From positions 800,001-864,000 of the forward strand of contig CBDFJG010000002.1 of assembly GCA_965248445.1 (NCBI GenBank): a DNA stretch of 64,000 bases, given 5' to 3'. This document shows positions 33,335 through 44,704 of the stretch, in pieces. The first letter of the stretch is position 1; the number at the start of each line of letters is the position of its first letter. The stretch comes from Planctomycetota bacterium (GTDB lineage: Bacteria; Planctomycetota; JAJSAM01; JAJVHW01). The position numbers were made by a program, and so were the translations under genes. A model generated the notes under the pieces. That model was not told the DNA's origin. It made no database searches and saw only the letters and a program-made list of their open reading frames with translations.

Positions 33335-34149
33335 TCTTCCTCGTCCTCTTCCAGGCCGTACAGCTTGATCCACGCTGCGAGGTCCTCGACCGTCTCGATC
33401 GTCTCGTCACCGGTCAGTAGGTGAGCGGTCGCGAGGAACGACTCGCGCAACGCCTCGGGCGGCGGCGGTTGACGGCCGCCGGATGTGGCAGCGGCACCGC
33501 CGAACCCTCCGCTGCCGATGCCGCCGCCGCCTCCCCCGCCGAAGCCCGATCCTCCGCCGCCGCTCCCCTGCTCCGCCTTCTTCGCCGCGTCCTCCATCTT
33601 TTTCCAGGTCGCGTGCACGAAGTGGAGCGCCCGGCGGCGCCCGATCTTCCGGTACGTGTCGAGTACGGCGAGCGGCAGCCAGGGGTTCCGGCGGTAGCGA
33701 TCCAGCACCGTGCCCAGTGCCTCGATCGCCTCCTCGTGCTTGAGCACGCCCAGGCCCTCGATGCACCGTTCGAGAACGTCGAGGTCGGGCTTCTTCCGAC
33801 CGAGGCTCTGCTGCATTGCCGCGCCGGCAGCAGCGGCGACCTCCTTGGGCTTTGTGTAGGTCGTCAGGAGTTCCGCCGCAATCAGCTGACGGTCGATGCC
33901 CTTCTCTCTCAGAAGGCGGGCGCCGACGAACTCAGCCACTGCGACGTTGCGCACGTCCTCGAGTTGGTACAGCGCCGCTGCCCACTCATGGTCGTCCTTC
34001 GCCTTCTTCAGTTCCTGCGAGATGTCCTTCAGCAGGTTCTTCACCTGGGGCGCCGTGAGTTCATCGTCCGGGGAGATTCCGATCCCCATCGTGAAGATGG
34101 CGCCGAGCAACATGAGCACCGAAGCTGTGCGCGACGTGATTGCGTTCAC
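33331..34149 (-). CDS. Exported HEAT-repeat-like protein
   Basis: Signal/TM segment, helical repeats, Gly-rich insert; overlaps next gene. Confidence 0.65.
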   Translation of the reverse strand: MNAITSRTASVLMLLGAIFTMGIGISPDDELTAPQVKNLLKDISQELKKAKDDHEWAAALYQLEDVRNVAVAEFVGARLLREKGIDRQLIAAELLTTYTKPKEVAAAAGAAMQQSLGRKKPDLDVLERCIEGLGVLKHEEAIEALGTVLDRYRRNPWLPLAVLDTYRKIGRRRALHFVHATWKKMEDAAKKAEQGSGGGGSGFGGGGGGGIGSGGFGGAAATSGGRQPPPPEALRESFLATAHLLTGDETIETVEDLAAWIKLYGLEEDEEE

Positions 34150-34202
34150 GAGTAGGTCCTTCCTCTAGAGCGGCCGGAGCCGCAAGTGACGGGGACTCCC
34201 GG

Positions 34203-34505
34203 CTATCGCCGGGGTGGGGGGAGTTCCGTCCTCGGGGGCAGTCCGCGACCCGCGCGCAACTTGTTGATGCGCTCCAGCCGCTGGGCGGGGGTGTAGGTGT
34301 CCCACTCGTTGCGTCGCTTCTTCCTCTTCTTGCGGGTGGCGCGCTTACGCGTCGCGGGAGCTGGCTCGCTCTCAAGGCCGCCCACGAGTTTCCGCAGGTC
34401 CTCAAGCGCCTCCTCGCGCCCCTCCTCGCGGGCGGTCTCGACCAGAGTGGTGATGCGCCCCTCTATGTCGGACAGAAGCGCGTCGGTCTCGCTGTACTCG
34501 CTCAT
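34203..34505 (-). CDS. Small protein with acidic coiled coil and basic tail; possible nucleoid-associated protein
   Basis: AAGGAG RBS; MSEYSETD..TRKRATRKKRKKRRNEW. Confidence 0.6.
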   Translation of the reverse strand: MSEYSETDALLSDIEGRITTLVETAREEGREEALEDLRKLVGGLESEPAPATRKRATRKKRKKRRNEWDTYTPAQRLERINKLRAGRGLPPRTELPPPRR

Positions 34506-34787
34506 CTCAGTCTCCTTCTCGGGACCGAGGCCCCATCGATCGGGAAGACCGGACAGCGACCCCTTTGCCGCGCGCCCGGTGGCCGAAGAACTCGCGGAAA
34601 GGAAGGACGCCCGGACAGCGACAGGGGCCAAACGCGGGTTGATGAGAGATTGGGGAAATCTGGTTCATCAGGAGTGTTGCGTTCTAAGGGGGTGTAGCGA
34701 ATGGGCTCCCTGCCGCCTGTCCAGTTGGCCTTCGTTTAACCGGATCTCGGCGACCGCTTTGGCCGAGTCCGCATGCCCTTCATGCGC

Positions 34788-36319
34788 GTACCCGTTCAGC
34801 CCTTGGTTCTGAGCTCGGATCCAGATCGCTTTCCGTTCGGTCGATGAATCGGATGTGGGCACCGATGAGCTGCGTGATCTGGTCGAGCGCCTGACCCGTC
34901 GTCTGGACGCTCGGGACGAGACGATTGCCGAGCAGGCGGAGGTGATCGAGCGGCAGGCGGCACGGATCGACGATCTCGAGAGCCGTCTTCGCCGGGACTC
35001 CCGCACCTCCTCGCGCCCACCGTCCTCGGATCCGTCGTGGTCCAAGAAGCGGCGGCGGCGCAAGCCGCCGTCGGACAAGCGCCAGGGTGCGCAGCCCGGC
35101 CACAAAGGGGCGACGCGCAAGCTCGTGGACGAGTCCGAGGTCGATGGCGTAGAGGACCACCGCCCGCGCGAGTGCAGCGCGTGTGGGAGCGACGTGCTCG
35201 TCCCGATCGATCGCGCCCCGACACGCCAGCAGGTCTTCGAGGTCCCGCCACGGCTGATCCAGGTGACCGAGCACCGGTTGCACCGGGCACGGTGCACGGA
35301 CTGTGGCGCCACGTCCACTGCCTCGCTGCCAAGCGGTGTGACGGCGAGTCCCTTCGGCCCGCGACTCTGTGCGCTCACCGCGGCTCTGGTCGGCGTCTTC
35401 CGCCTGTCGCGGCGCGAGACCAGTCGTCTGTTGCGTGACGTCATCGGCGTCTCGATGTCACCGGGCACGGTCAGTGCGATCGAGGAGCGGGTGTCGGGAG
35501 CCATCTCCTCAGCGCACATCGAGGCCCTCGGGGCCGTACGCACGAGCAGCGTCGCCTATGTAGACGAGACACCGTGGTCGCGTCGTGGCACGCTGCATTG
35601 GCTGTGGAGCGCGGTCTGTGAGCACGCCACGGTCCATCGTATCGATCGGCGCAGGAGCGCCAAGGCCATGCGGCGACTCGTGGGCAAGCGCTTCAGGGGC
35701 GTCCTCGTGACCGACCGTATGGGCGCTTACGACCAGCATCCCACCGAGCGCCGCCAGATCTGCTGGGCGCATCTCGAGAGGGACTTTCGAGCGCTGGCCG
35801 AGGGCTCGCGCGGCGGCCGGCGCTTCGGCAAGCAGGCCGTGCGTCTCGCCCAGGCTGTCATGCGAGCTCAGCGTCACTTCGGCGAGCACGGGGACCGCGA
35901 CCGCATGCGGCGTGAGCTGCGTCTCACATGGGACCGACTCCTGACGCTGCTCGTGCGCGGCGCAGACAGCAAGCACCGCCGAGTACGCGGAACGACTCGG
36001 CATCTGCTCGACCGAGCGGAGGCTCTGTGGACCTTCGCCGACGTCCCTGGCGTCTCCCCGACGAACAACGCCGCTGAGCGCGCGGTGCGCAAGCCGGTCC
36101 TGTGGAGACGCGCAACGCACGGAAGTCAGAGCGAGCGCGGACTCCGCTTCGTCGAGCGCATCCTGACCGTCACCGCCACGCTCCGCCAGCGTGGCGAGAG
36201 CGTCTTCGATTACCTCGCAGACGTCAGCGCGGCACTCGCGCACAACCGCTCGCCGCCGGCTCTCGTCGCGCTCCCGATCACGCGCTGAGGCCGCGGATCG
36301 TCATACCCTGAACGGGTAC
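34788..36319 (+). mobile_element. IS66-family element B copy 1 (transposase 34855-36288)
   Basis: TIR GTACCCGTTCAG; IS66 motifs; no TSD. Confidence 0.93.
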
Positions 36320-36393
36320 CTCTAGCGTGCCTGTCGTTGCGAAGAAACCTCGGAGCGAGCCCGCTCCGGATCGAACACGTAGGAGACTCGAAG

Positions 36394-37374
36394 ATGCGTA
36401 CTCACTCACGGATGCGAAGCCCGTTGCTCGCTGCAACCGCAATCGTCGCGGCGGGAGCCCTCGTGGCGACACTCGTGCTGCCGGTTCTCGACGCTGAGGC
36501 TAGGTCCAGCAAGGCGTGGCGGCAGCTCGCAGGCAAGCTGCGCTCGTCCTCGAAGGCCGAGGCCAAGGCCGATTACCTCCTCGCCCTCGCGCGAGCGGGA
36601 CTCATCGTCGACAAGGGCGACCGCGGCGAGGCCATCGCCACCGCGAAGGAGGAGTTCAAGGAGGAGAAGGGCCTCACCAAGGACGCCTACAAGGCGCGGC
36701 TCGAGCTCGCCGACGATCTCGAGGAGGACGCGGTGTACTCCGTCGAACTCGACCCGACCGACTTCGTGGCAGGCATCAGCCATCCGTTCCTGCCGTACGC
36801 GGTGGGGAACGAGTGGACCTACGTGGGCGAGACCGAGGACGGCACCGAGACGATCGTCGTGACCGTCCTGAGCGAGACGAAGGAGATCCTCGGTGTCACC
36901 TGCACCGTCGTGCGCGACACCGTCTCCATCGGTGGCGAACTGGTCGAGGACACACGCGACTGGTACGCGCAGGACAACCTGGGCAACGTCTGGTACATGG
37001 GCGAGATCGCCCTCAACTACGAGGACGGCCAGATCACGGACGTCGACGGCTCGTGGGAGGCCGGCGTGGACGGCGCCCAGCCGGGGATCGTGATGCCGGC
37101 CGTGCTCACGGTGGGCGACGTCTACCGCACCGAGTTCTATGCCGGTGAGGCCGAAGACTACATCGAGATCCTCGCGCTCGACGCGTCGGCGACGGTCCCG
37201 TTCGGAGGCACGTACACCAATTGCCTGCAGAACTTCGACGGCACGCCGATGGAGCCCGATGTCGAGGAGCACAAGTTCTACGCCGACGGCATCGGCCTCG
37301 TCCTCGAGGAGAAGCCGCTGACGGAGGACCAGGACGAAGAGCGGATCGAGCTCGTCAGCTTCACCACGGACTAG
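36394..37374 (+). CDS. Secreted hypothetical protein
   Basis: AGGAG RBS; signal peptide; DWYAQD..GNVWYMGE beta-rich domain. Confidence 0.75.
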   Translation: MRTHSRMRSPLLAATAIVAAGALVATLVLPVLDAEARSSKAWRQLAGKLRSSSKAEAKADYLLALARAGLIVDKGDRGEAIATAKEEFKEEKGLTKDAYKARLELADDLEEDAVYSVELDPTDFVAGISHPFLPYAVGNEWTYVGETEDGTETIVVTVLSETKEILGVTCTVVRDTVSIGGELVEDTRDWYAQDNLGNVWYMGEIALNYEDGQITDVDGSWEAGVDGAQPGIVMPAVLTVGDVYRTEFYAGEAEDYIEILALDASATVPFGGTYTNCLQNFDGTPMEPDVEEHKFYADGIGLVLEEKPLTEDQDEERIELVSFTTD

Positions 37375-37380
37375 ACGCGT

Positions 37381-38474
37381 CAGGGGATCCCCTCTTCACT
37401 CAGGTCAGGCTGCGGCGGCGAGTGGCGTGCGCGCATCGGTTCGCCCAACGATCTCCCAGTGGAAGGGAGGGCATCGCCGCACGGCGCAGGCGAGTAGTCG
37501 TTGGAACAGCAGTCCACGTCGCTTCGATGTGCGTCGGTTGAACCGGAACTCGAACTCCGCCAGGTAGCTGGGGAGGTACTTGCGTCGCACGCCGCCCTGG
37601 AACGTGCCCAAGAGCACGCGATGGAGCAGCGAGAAGACGCGGTGGATCGCAGGTAGCACAACGTGTGCCTCGTCGTCGGACTTCGACACGTTGGTCGGTC
37701 GATGGTCGTGCTCCAAGTCGTCAGCCGGCTTTCGATAGCTACGCCAGTCGTCGGTGAACAGCACTGAGCGTGCGGCGACGTGCTGCTCGAGGAACGCCTT
37801 GACCGTGTCAGCCGAACCATCGGCGATGGATTCGAGACGGATGCGACCGATGAGGGCGTGACGCGGTGAGATCTCGACGGCTCCCATGACCAGCGCGCTG
37901 CGGTCGCCGACCTTGGGACGCCCCGGCCGGCCATGTCGCAGTCCGCCTTCCCAGGTCTCGTCGATCTCGAGGTGTCCGCGCAGCGGCGCGGTGGATCGCA
38001 TCGCGATGGCGTTTCGCAACTTGTGCAGCCATGTCCAAGCGGTCTGGTACTTGGCCAGTCCAAGCTCGCGCTGCAGCTCGAGTGCGGAGATGCCTCGCTT
38101 GCTCGACACGAACAGATACATGGCCAGGAACCACAGCCGTAGCGGCTTGCGAGACCCGTGCATGACGGTGCCGGCGGTGAGCGAAACCTGCTTGTGGCAG
38201 GCACAACACTCGTCGAGCCGGCGTGACGGCAGGAACCACGCCTCCTCGCCGCCGCACGCTGGACAGCGGAAGCCGCCCTCGCCGTACTTCCACCGGCGCA
38301 GCAGGGCTGCACACCGATCTTCGTCGGAGAACCTCACGACAAACTCGGCGAGTGTGCCCGGCAGCGAGTCGTCGCGCGCAAAGGGGATCATGGCACCGGT
38401 CATCGCACCTCCTTGTAAGTGCGATGTTAGTCACCCGATCGGACGCTCAACCTGAGCGAAGGGGGGAGCCCCTG
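37381..38474 (-). mobile_element. IS1595-family element (transposase 37405-38403)
   Basis: Zinc ribbon, GISALELQRELG, EIDET, TDDW..Y, YLAEFEFRFNRR; about 25-bp imperfect TIR CAGGGGmTCCCCyCTTCrCTCAGGT. Confidence 0.92.
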
Positions 38475-38477
38475 CCC

Positions 38478-39428
38478 CTACTTCTCGCTGCTGCTCTCTT
38501 CGCTGCTGTCCTCGAAGGTCGAGACGCTGATGACGGTTCCGGTCGAGAAGCCCATCCCCATCCCGGAGTCACCGAACGCGTTGTCGTAGCCCTTCCCCTT
38601 CCAGTCCTTCTTCTGCTGATCGTTGAGCGTGTTGTCGACGCGCTTGCGGTACGCGTCGTTCGCTTCGCGCGCCTTGGTGAAGTCGAGGTTGCGGATGCGT
38701 ACGGGCAGACGCCGGTCGCCGGTGTCGTCCGGCTCGATCTTCATCGCTTCCTTGACGGCGGCGTCCCGCTCGGTAATCGCAGACTTGATCTCGTCGATCT
38801 GCACTTCGGACAGCCCGACCTCGTCGCGTGCCTTGTCCCAGCGCTCGGCCTCCGGCAACTTCCGCAGTTCAAGGCCCTTGGTCAGCCCGCCGAGCGAGAG
38901 CCGAATTGCGTCGGTCGCACCCTCCAGCGTTCCCAGTTCGGTCACGCGGCCGTCGAGAGACTCGCCCAGGCCCTCGAGCGCCGTCGCGAGCGCCTTCTGC
39001 GCGTCGTCGAACACTTGGATCTCGAGGTCGGCGCGATCGCGCTGCAACGCAGCGTCCTTGACGAGAGTACCGAGTCTGCCGACACGTCCCTCACGGAGCA
39101 TCCGTCGCAGCGCGGCATGCGCATCGGCTTCATCATCGGCCGTGTCCGCAACGAGGGATCCGTTCGCCAGTTTGCGACCGGTCTCCGCGAGGTCGATCTC
39201 GAACTGCTGTACGCGGCGGCTCATGCGGCGTAATTCGGTGCTCTGCTCGTCGATGCTCTCTTGCGTGGAGTCGATCGACGTGCGCAAGCCGTCCAGTGCA
39301 GCCAACACCTCGGCGTTGTCGTCGCCGGTGTCCGCGCCGCTGTCGAGCACCATCGCGGCGCCCACGCCGCCCGCACCGGCGGCGGCACCTGTGCCGGCCA
39401 GCAAGAGGAGAAGTTCCTTACCCGTCAT
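38478..39428 (-). CDS. Membrane-anchored coiled-coil hypothetical protein
   Basis: GGAGG RBS; N-terminal hydrophobic anchor and heptad repeats. Confidence 0.7.
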   Translation of the reverse strand: MTGKELLLLLAGTGAAAGAGGVGAAMVLDSGADTGDDNAEVLAALDGLRTSIDSTQESIDEQSTELRRMSRRVQQFEIDLAETGRKLANGSLVADTADDEADAHAALRRMLREGRVGRLGTLVKDAALQRDRADLEIQVFDDAQKALATALEGLGESLDGRVTELGTLEGATDAIRLSLGGLTKGLELRKLPEAERWDKARDEVGLSEVQIDEIKSAITERDAAVKEAMKIEPDDTGDRRLPVRIRNLDFTKAREANDAYRKRVDNTLNDQQKKDWKGKGYDNAFGDSGMGMGFSTGTVISVSTFEDSSEESSSEK

Positions 39429-39612
39429 CGTTTGCCTCCCGCGACCCGGCCGCCCGCCTCCCGGCGCCGACCAGGGTGGCCGACATCGCCGGGGCGAGGC
39501 CTCATCGTCGCATCACCCGCTTGGACGCGCCAGGTGCGCAGCCGTGACACGCGATCGTAGACTGGCACGGGACCAGGATCGCGGGAGGTGGACACCAGAT
39601 GAGGCGCGAGGC

Positions 39613-42600
39613 GTGAGACGGCTCCTGCCCGTCGTGGGGCTCCTGCTGCTGCTCATCCTGGCCGCCGGGGCGGCGTTCGTGGTGCTGGGGGGGAGTGGCG
39701 AGGAGACCGCATCGGGTCCGGGTGGCGGCAATCCCTCGGGCGCTGCCAGCGACGCCGACGGCTCGGACCGTGGCAGCGGCGACGGCAACCGCGCGCGCGC
39801 CGGCGCACCGGGGCGGATCCGCGGCGTCGTGCGATTGCTGGCCGAGGACGCGCCCGCACCGGGCGTTGCCGTGACGCTGGGCACGCCGGATCGCGAACCG
39901 TTCACGGCGTACACCGACGCCGACGGTTCGTTCGAGTTCAAGAGCGTCGTGCCCTCACAGCCCTGGGATCTCGCGATCGCGCACGGTGAGTACGCGCCGC
40001 TGCTGCGACCGGGTCTCGTCGTCGAAGCGAAACGCACGCTGGATCTGGGCACTCTGTTCCTCGCGTCCGGCGTACCCGTGGTCGTCGAGGTACACCGTCT
40101 CGACGGCACTCCGCTCGCGGGCGCGCTCGTCGGCGCGTACGTCCCGGGCGAAGGCACGGCGACGTTCGACCTGCCCCACGCGGTGCGTCCCGTCGCAACG
40201 ATCCCGACGGACGCGAAGGGCGAGGCCCACTTCCCGGCACTCCCGCCCGGCACGTGGACGTTCACCGCCGAGCGGCCCGGCTACGCCAAGCGCGGGCTCC
40301 CCGGCGCACTGGTGCACGCCGGATCGGAGGGCGAGCGCTTCCGGCTCGTGCTCGAGCGCGGCTACTCACTGAGCGGTCTCGTCATCGACCACGACGGCCG
40401 CCCCGTGCCCGGCGCTCCCCTCCTCGCGATCCGACGCACACTGACGAGCGACCAGAGCACGGCGCCGCTCGCAGTGCGCGGCGTGTCCGAAGCTGACGGG
40501 CGCTACCGACTCGACGGTCTGCCCGGACAGGACATGGTCATCTGGGCCGGCTGGCCCGGGAAGCGGTTGGGCGTGCTTGCCGCGGTGCGGCTCCCGGGAG
40601 TGACCGAGCTCGACCTCGTGCTCGAGAGAGGCGGACGCATCGAGGGCCGCGTCGTCAAGGCCGACGGCGGCGACGCCGTGGAGGGTGCGACCGTCACCGC
40701 CAGCCTCTCCGTCCTGAACGCGTTCTCACTGCAGTTCGAGACAGTCACGGACGACAGCGGCCACTTCGTGTTCGACATGCCCATGCCCGGCGGCATCGAG
40801 TCACTCGGGGCCACGGCCGCGGGGCTCGGCAGCGGCGTCGCACAGCTCGGCTACGGGGGCGAGATCCAACTGCCCGAGGGCTACACCGCCACGCGCGATA
40901 TCCGCCTCGGCAGTGCCGGCACCGTCAGCGGCGTGATCCGTGGTCCGGACGGACCGCTTGTGGGCGCGATGGTGGGCGCGACGAATCGGGAGTGGTGGAC
41001 CGGCGTCCAGACCAACGCAGGGGGGCGCTACGAGCTGACCGAACTGCCAAGTGCGCGGTACATGATCGTCGTGTCGCGGGCGGGTCTGACGCAGCCGGAC
41101 AAGCCGGACAATCCCGATGCCTCCCTCGGGGATGGAACCGCGCCGGAGAAGTACGTCGCAGATCTGACGTCAGCCGACCGTCTGGAGATCGACATCCAGA
41201 TGGAACGGGTCGGCGACATCTCCGGACGCATCGTCGACGCGGAAGACAAGCCGATCCCAGGGGCGACCGTGTCGGCGTCGGATGCGGGAAGCGTCGGCGC
41301 GACCGCGGACGCCGACGGCCGGTTCGTCATCCCGGGATCTCCCTCCGACAACGTGTACTCCGTGGACGTGTCGCACGAGCGCTTTCGGACCAAGACCGAG
41401 AACGTGCCGTTCCTGGTCGAGGGCGCCGAGCCGCCTGAGATGCTGATCAAGCTGAGCATCGCGCCGCTCATCCAGGGCACCGTCGTCGACGTGAACGGGT
41501 CGGTTCCCGACGGCGCGTACGTGCAGGTTGTGCAGTGGGATCCGGATTTGCGCGATCCCGTTGCCGAGGAGTGGTCTTGGCTCTCGGCCGCGCGATTGCC
41601 CGTGGACGCGAACGGACGCTTCGAGCACCGTGCCAACTCGGGGTTCGACTCGGGACGCATCGAGGTCCGGGCGGGCGCGCCCGGGTACGCATTCGTGGGC
41701 TCCGGATCGCTGCGGCTGCCCACGGATGCGACGCCACTCGAGGTCCTGTTGACGCTCACGCCGGGCGACACCATCCGCGGACGGATCGAGACTCTCGACG
41801 GCTCGCCGGTCCCCCGCGCGTTCGTGGGAGCCATGGCAGCCGGAGCCGGCAGCGGACCTCAGGACGTGCGGTACCCCGGCGCGTGGGGGTCGCCCATCGT
41901 CGCGGTGAGCGGCGCAGACGGCCGGTTCACCATCGCGGCACTGCGTGAGGGCCGGTACATCCTCCGCGCGTGGTCCCGCGAGCACGTGGAGAAGCGCCTC
42001 GCTGTGGACGCACCCACTGACGAGGAAGTCGTGCTGCAACTCGGTTCCTCCCTGTCGATCTCCGGGCGCGTGGTCATCGACGGCCCGGGGTCGGCCGCGG
42101 GCGCGGAGGTCGATGCGGAGAACGAGGACGACTGGACTCTCGGCCGCGTCGCGACGGACGGCACGTTCCGGCTGGAGGGTCTCTCTCCCGGCACGTACGA
42201 GGTGACACTGCGGCCGGCGCCCGACGACCGGCAGAACGTGCAGACGACGACCGTGTCCGGTGTCGAGGCCGGGACGTCGAACCTGGTCGTGAACGCGCAG
42301 ACGGGCAACGTGCTCTCCGGACTCGTTGTGGACGCCGACGGCACGCCACAGACCGAGCAGTACGTGGCGCTGTGGCGCGACGACACTCACTTCCTGAACA
42401 TGATGACGGACGACGCAGGCAGGTTCGAGATCCCGGGACTCGACGAGGGCACGTACACCGTCGAGATCAGTTCCGAGACTCTCGAGGGCATCGGGAACCT
42501 GTTCGTCCACGGCGTACGCGCGGCGGAGCACCGCTTCGTGCTCCCCGCGCCGGTCGCCGTCTCGGGCAGGCTGCTGATGCCGGCCGGCGATGGCACGCTC

Positions 42601-43323
42601 GGAGCGACGGGCCTCTCGTTCTCGCCGCGCGAACCGTCCGCGACCGCAACCGGCTCGACGTTTCCATCGGGGCTCACGGCCCAGACCGACGACGAGGGAC
42701 GCTTCGAGACCGTGCTGGCGCCCAACACCGTCTACGTCGTGACACTTCCGAGTCACCCGACGCTCACGCTGCCGAAGAACACGGAAGTGCGCGCCGGGCA
42801 GGGCGAGATCCGTCTGACCGCCAGCGCCGGGCTCACGATCGATGGATCAGTAGTTGACGAGACCGGCGCCCCGTTAGCCGGGGCGCACGTGTGGACCGGC
42901 GGAGACGGGATCAACCGCTCCGCCGCGACGGACAAGGACGGCGCGTTCCGTCTGAGCGGGCTCGACGAGCAGCCCGAGTATGTGGTCGGCGCGTCCGCCG
43001 ATGGATTCATGAACACGAGCTCGATGGGGAAGCCCGGCGAGAGGGTCGAACTTCGTATGCAGCGCGGGTTCGCGCTCGGGGGCCGGATCGTGGACGAGAC
43101 GGGCGATCCGTTCGGTGACGTTCAGGTGCGGCTCACGCTGATCGACAACGAGGACTCGAGTTACGAAACCACCGCCTGGGCGGACACGGACGGCAACTTC
43201 AGCGGTGGAGACGCGCACGCGGGGCGGTACGAAGTGCGTGTGCACACCGGGCGCGCGGGAATCGTGCTCGTGGGTGTGATCGAGGCGGGATCGACCGGCA
43301 CGGTCCTCCGCGTTACGCGGTGA
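39613..43323 (+). CDS. Large membrane-anchored carboxypeptidase-regulatory-like (Ig-like) repeat protein
   Basis: Repeated GRVVD..G.P..GA.V..TD.DG.F..L..G.Y units after an N-terminal TM. Confidence 0.85.
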   Translation: MRRLLPVVGLLLLLILAAGAAFVVLGGSGEETASGPGGGNPSGAASDADGSDRGSGDGNRARAGAPGRIRGVVRLLAEDAPAPGVAVTLGTPDREPFTAYTDADGSFEFKSVVPSQPWDLAIAHGEYAPLLRPGLVVEAKRTLDLGTLFLASGVPVVVEVHRLDGTPLAGALVGAYVPGEGTATFDLPHAVRPVATIPTDAKGEAHFPALPPGTWTFTAERPGYAKRGLPGALVHAGSEGERFRLVLERGYSLSGLVIDHDGRPVPGAPLLAIRRTLTSDQSTAPLAVRGVSEADGRYRLDGLPGQDMVIWAGWPGKRLGVLAAVRLPGVTELDLVLERGGRIEGRVVKADGGDAVEGATVTASLSVLNAFSLQFETVTDDSGHFVFDMPMPGGIESLGATAAGLGSGVAQLGYGGEIQLPEGYTATRDIRLGSAGTVSGVIRGPDGPLVGAMVGATNREWWTGVQTNAGGRYELTELPSARYMIVVSRAGLTQPDKPDNPDASLGDGTAPEKYVADLTSADRLEIDIQMERVGDISGRIVDAEDKPIPGATVSASDAGSVGATADADGRFVIPGSPSDNVYSVDVSHERFRTKTENVPFLVEGAEPPEMLIKLSIAPLIQGTVVDVNGSVPDGAYVQVVQWDPDLRDPVAEEWSWLSAARLPVDANGRFEHRANSGFDSGRIEVRAGAPGYAFVGSGSLRLPTDATPLEVLLTLTPGDTIRGRIETLDGSPVPRAFVGAMAAGAGSGPQDVRYPGAWGSPIVAVSGADGRFTIAALREGRYILRAWSREHVEKRLAVDAPTDEEVVLQLGSSLSISGRVVIDGPGSAAGAEVDAENEDDWTLGRVATDGTFRLEGLSPGTYEVTLRPAPDDRQNVQTTTVSGVEAGTSNLVVNAQTGNVLSGLVVDADGTPQTEQYVALWRDDTHFLNMMTDDAGRFEIPGLDEGTYTVEISSETLEGIGNLFVHGVRAAEHRFVLPAPVAVSGRLLMPAGDGTLGATGLSFSPREPSATATGSTFPSGLTAQTDDEGRFETVLAPNTVYVVTLPSHPTLTLPKNTEVRAGQGEIRLTASAGLTIDGSVVDETGAPLAGAHVWTGGDGINRSAATDKDGAFRLSGLDEQPEYVVGASADGFMNTSSMGKPGERVELRMQRGFALGGRIVDETGDPFGDVQVRLTLIDNEDSSYETTAWADTDGNFSGGDAHAGRYEVRVHTGRAGIVLVGVIEAGSTGTVLRVTR

Positions 43324-44704
43324 GCGCCCCGCCGGGGTAGCGCGCCGTCAACACGTCCACTAGCACCTCGCGCAACACGCCGCGGATGGGCTCGGACCCG
43401 CCGCCCGACGCCACCTTGCGGAGCGCAGACTCCATGCGCGCAGCACGGGGAGCCGAAGCCCGTTCGATCTCCGCCCGCCACCACGCCGGTTCCTCCACAC
43501 GGCGGAAGTCGCCTCGGCCCCGCCCGAAGTGCGCAACCGCGAGGTAGCGCAGCAACGCCTGCTGGAGTAGCCCCGTCAGGAACTCCGGCGACCAGCGCAC
43601 GGTCTTGTCCCCCTTGTCGCGGACCAGTTCGACGCCCTTGGCGGCACCGGCGCCACCGAGCGCGCCGAGGATCGCACCGAGCAGTGCGCCGCCGCCGAGC
43701 GTCATGCCGCCGGCCATCACGTCCGCCGCGAGCCCGCCGAGCGCGCCGCTCGCTGCCGCGCCGACCACAGCCCACACTCCGGTCTTCGGCTGATCGTGCT
43801 TCGGCGGACCGACCACGTCGTCGAGCGAAGCCTGGAGCGCCTCGACGCTCCGCCCGGACAGGCCGTGCGCAGCAACCAGCCTCTCCATGAGCGCGCTCGT
43901 TTCCGCCTCGAGGGACGTCGAGAGCCGGTCGAGAGCCGCGCTCGCCGCCTTGCGTGCGTTGCCGCCGTCCGGCAGTGGCTCCGTGGTGCGCGCCCCCGCT
44001 GCGACGTACTCCGCCAGGTGTGCGACGCACGCCTCGAACACGGTGAGGTTGCGCGCCCGCCAAGCGGCCACGAGCCCGTTCATGGCCGCGGCTTTTTCAC
44101 CGGCCTCGGGCAACACCTGGGCGACACGTTCGAACAGCCGCTCCTCTTGCACCCAGCAGCGCGCGAACGCGTCAAGGGGGAGCACGTCGCGCACCACTTC
44201 ATGTTCGCCAACGAGTTGTTGCCAGCGGGCGAGGTGCCCGGTTTCGTCAGCACCGGCGGTCTGATTGAGGACGAGGACGACGGGACGACCGATCCACCCG
44301 AGCACTTCGAGTTCCGGCGCGACGTACCCGGCGTCGTGGGGATCCTCCGCGGCGTTCACGAGGTACAGCACCGCGTCCGCTTCGTCGCGCACGTTGCGCA
44401 CGGCCTCTTGCGAGCAGAAGAGTGCTCGATTCGAGAAGCGGTCCCACACCTGGTGCATCAACCAGCCGACGGGACTGCCCTCCTGCCGCAACCGCTTGAT
44501 GAGCCGGGCGGTGTCGCCGAAGCCCGGCGTGTCCCAGAGGCGCAGGACGTCGCCGTCGGATCGGATTAGCTCGTGCGCCTCGCTGATGTCGGTGACGTGC
44601 GCTTGGTCGAGCACCGCGCCGACATCACGGCGCAGAAGAGTCCTCGCCAGTGTCGTCTTGCCGACGTTCGTGTGCGAGACGAGGGAGACGGTGACGGTGT
44701 TCAC
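43313..44704 (-). CDS. P-loop GTPase with DUF3482-like C-terminus
   Basis: SHTNVGKTTL and DTPGFGD motifs; Gly-rich hydrophobic hairpin. Confidence 0.8.
   Translation of the reverse strand: MNTVTVSLVSHTNVGKTTLARTLLRRDVGAVLDQAHVTDISEAHELIRSDGDVLRLWDTPGFGDTARLIKRLRQEGSPVGWLMHQVWDRFSNRALFCSQEAVRNVRDEADAVLYLVNAAEDPHDAGYVAPELEVLGWIGRPVVLVLNQTAGADETGHLARWQQLVGEHEVVRDVLPLDAFARCWVQEERLFERVAQVLPEAGEKAAAMNGLVAAWRARNLTVFEACVAHLAEYVAAGARTTEPLPDGGNARKAASAALDRLSTSLEAETSALMERLVAAHGLSGRSVEALQASLDDVVGPPKHDQPKTGVWAVVGAAASGALGGLAADVMAGGMTLGGGALLGAILGALGGAGAAKGVELVRDKGDKTVRWSPEFLTGLLQQALLRYLAVAHFGRGRGDFRRVEEPAWWRAEIERASAPRAARMESALRKVASGGGSEPIRGVLREVLVDVLTARYPGGALTA

Noticed and set aside
38623..39612. N-terminal extension of the 1566-aa track ORF
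   Set aside because: Antisense to the 38478-39428 gene; the TM anchor begins after GTG 39613
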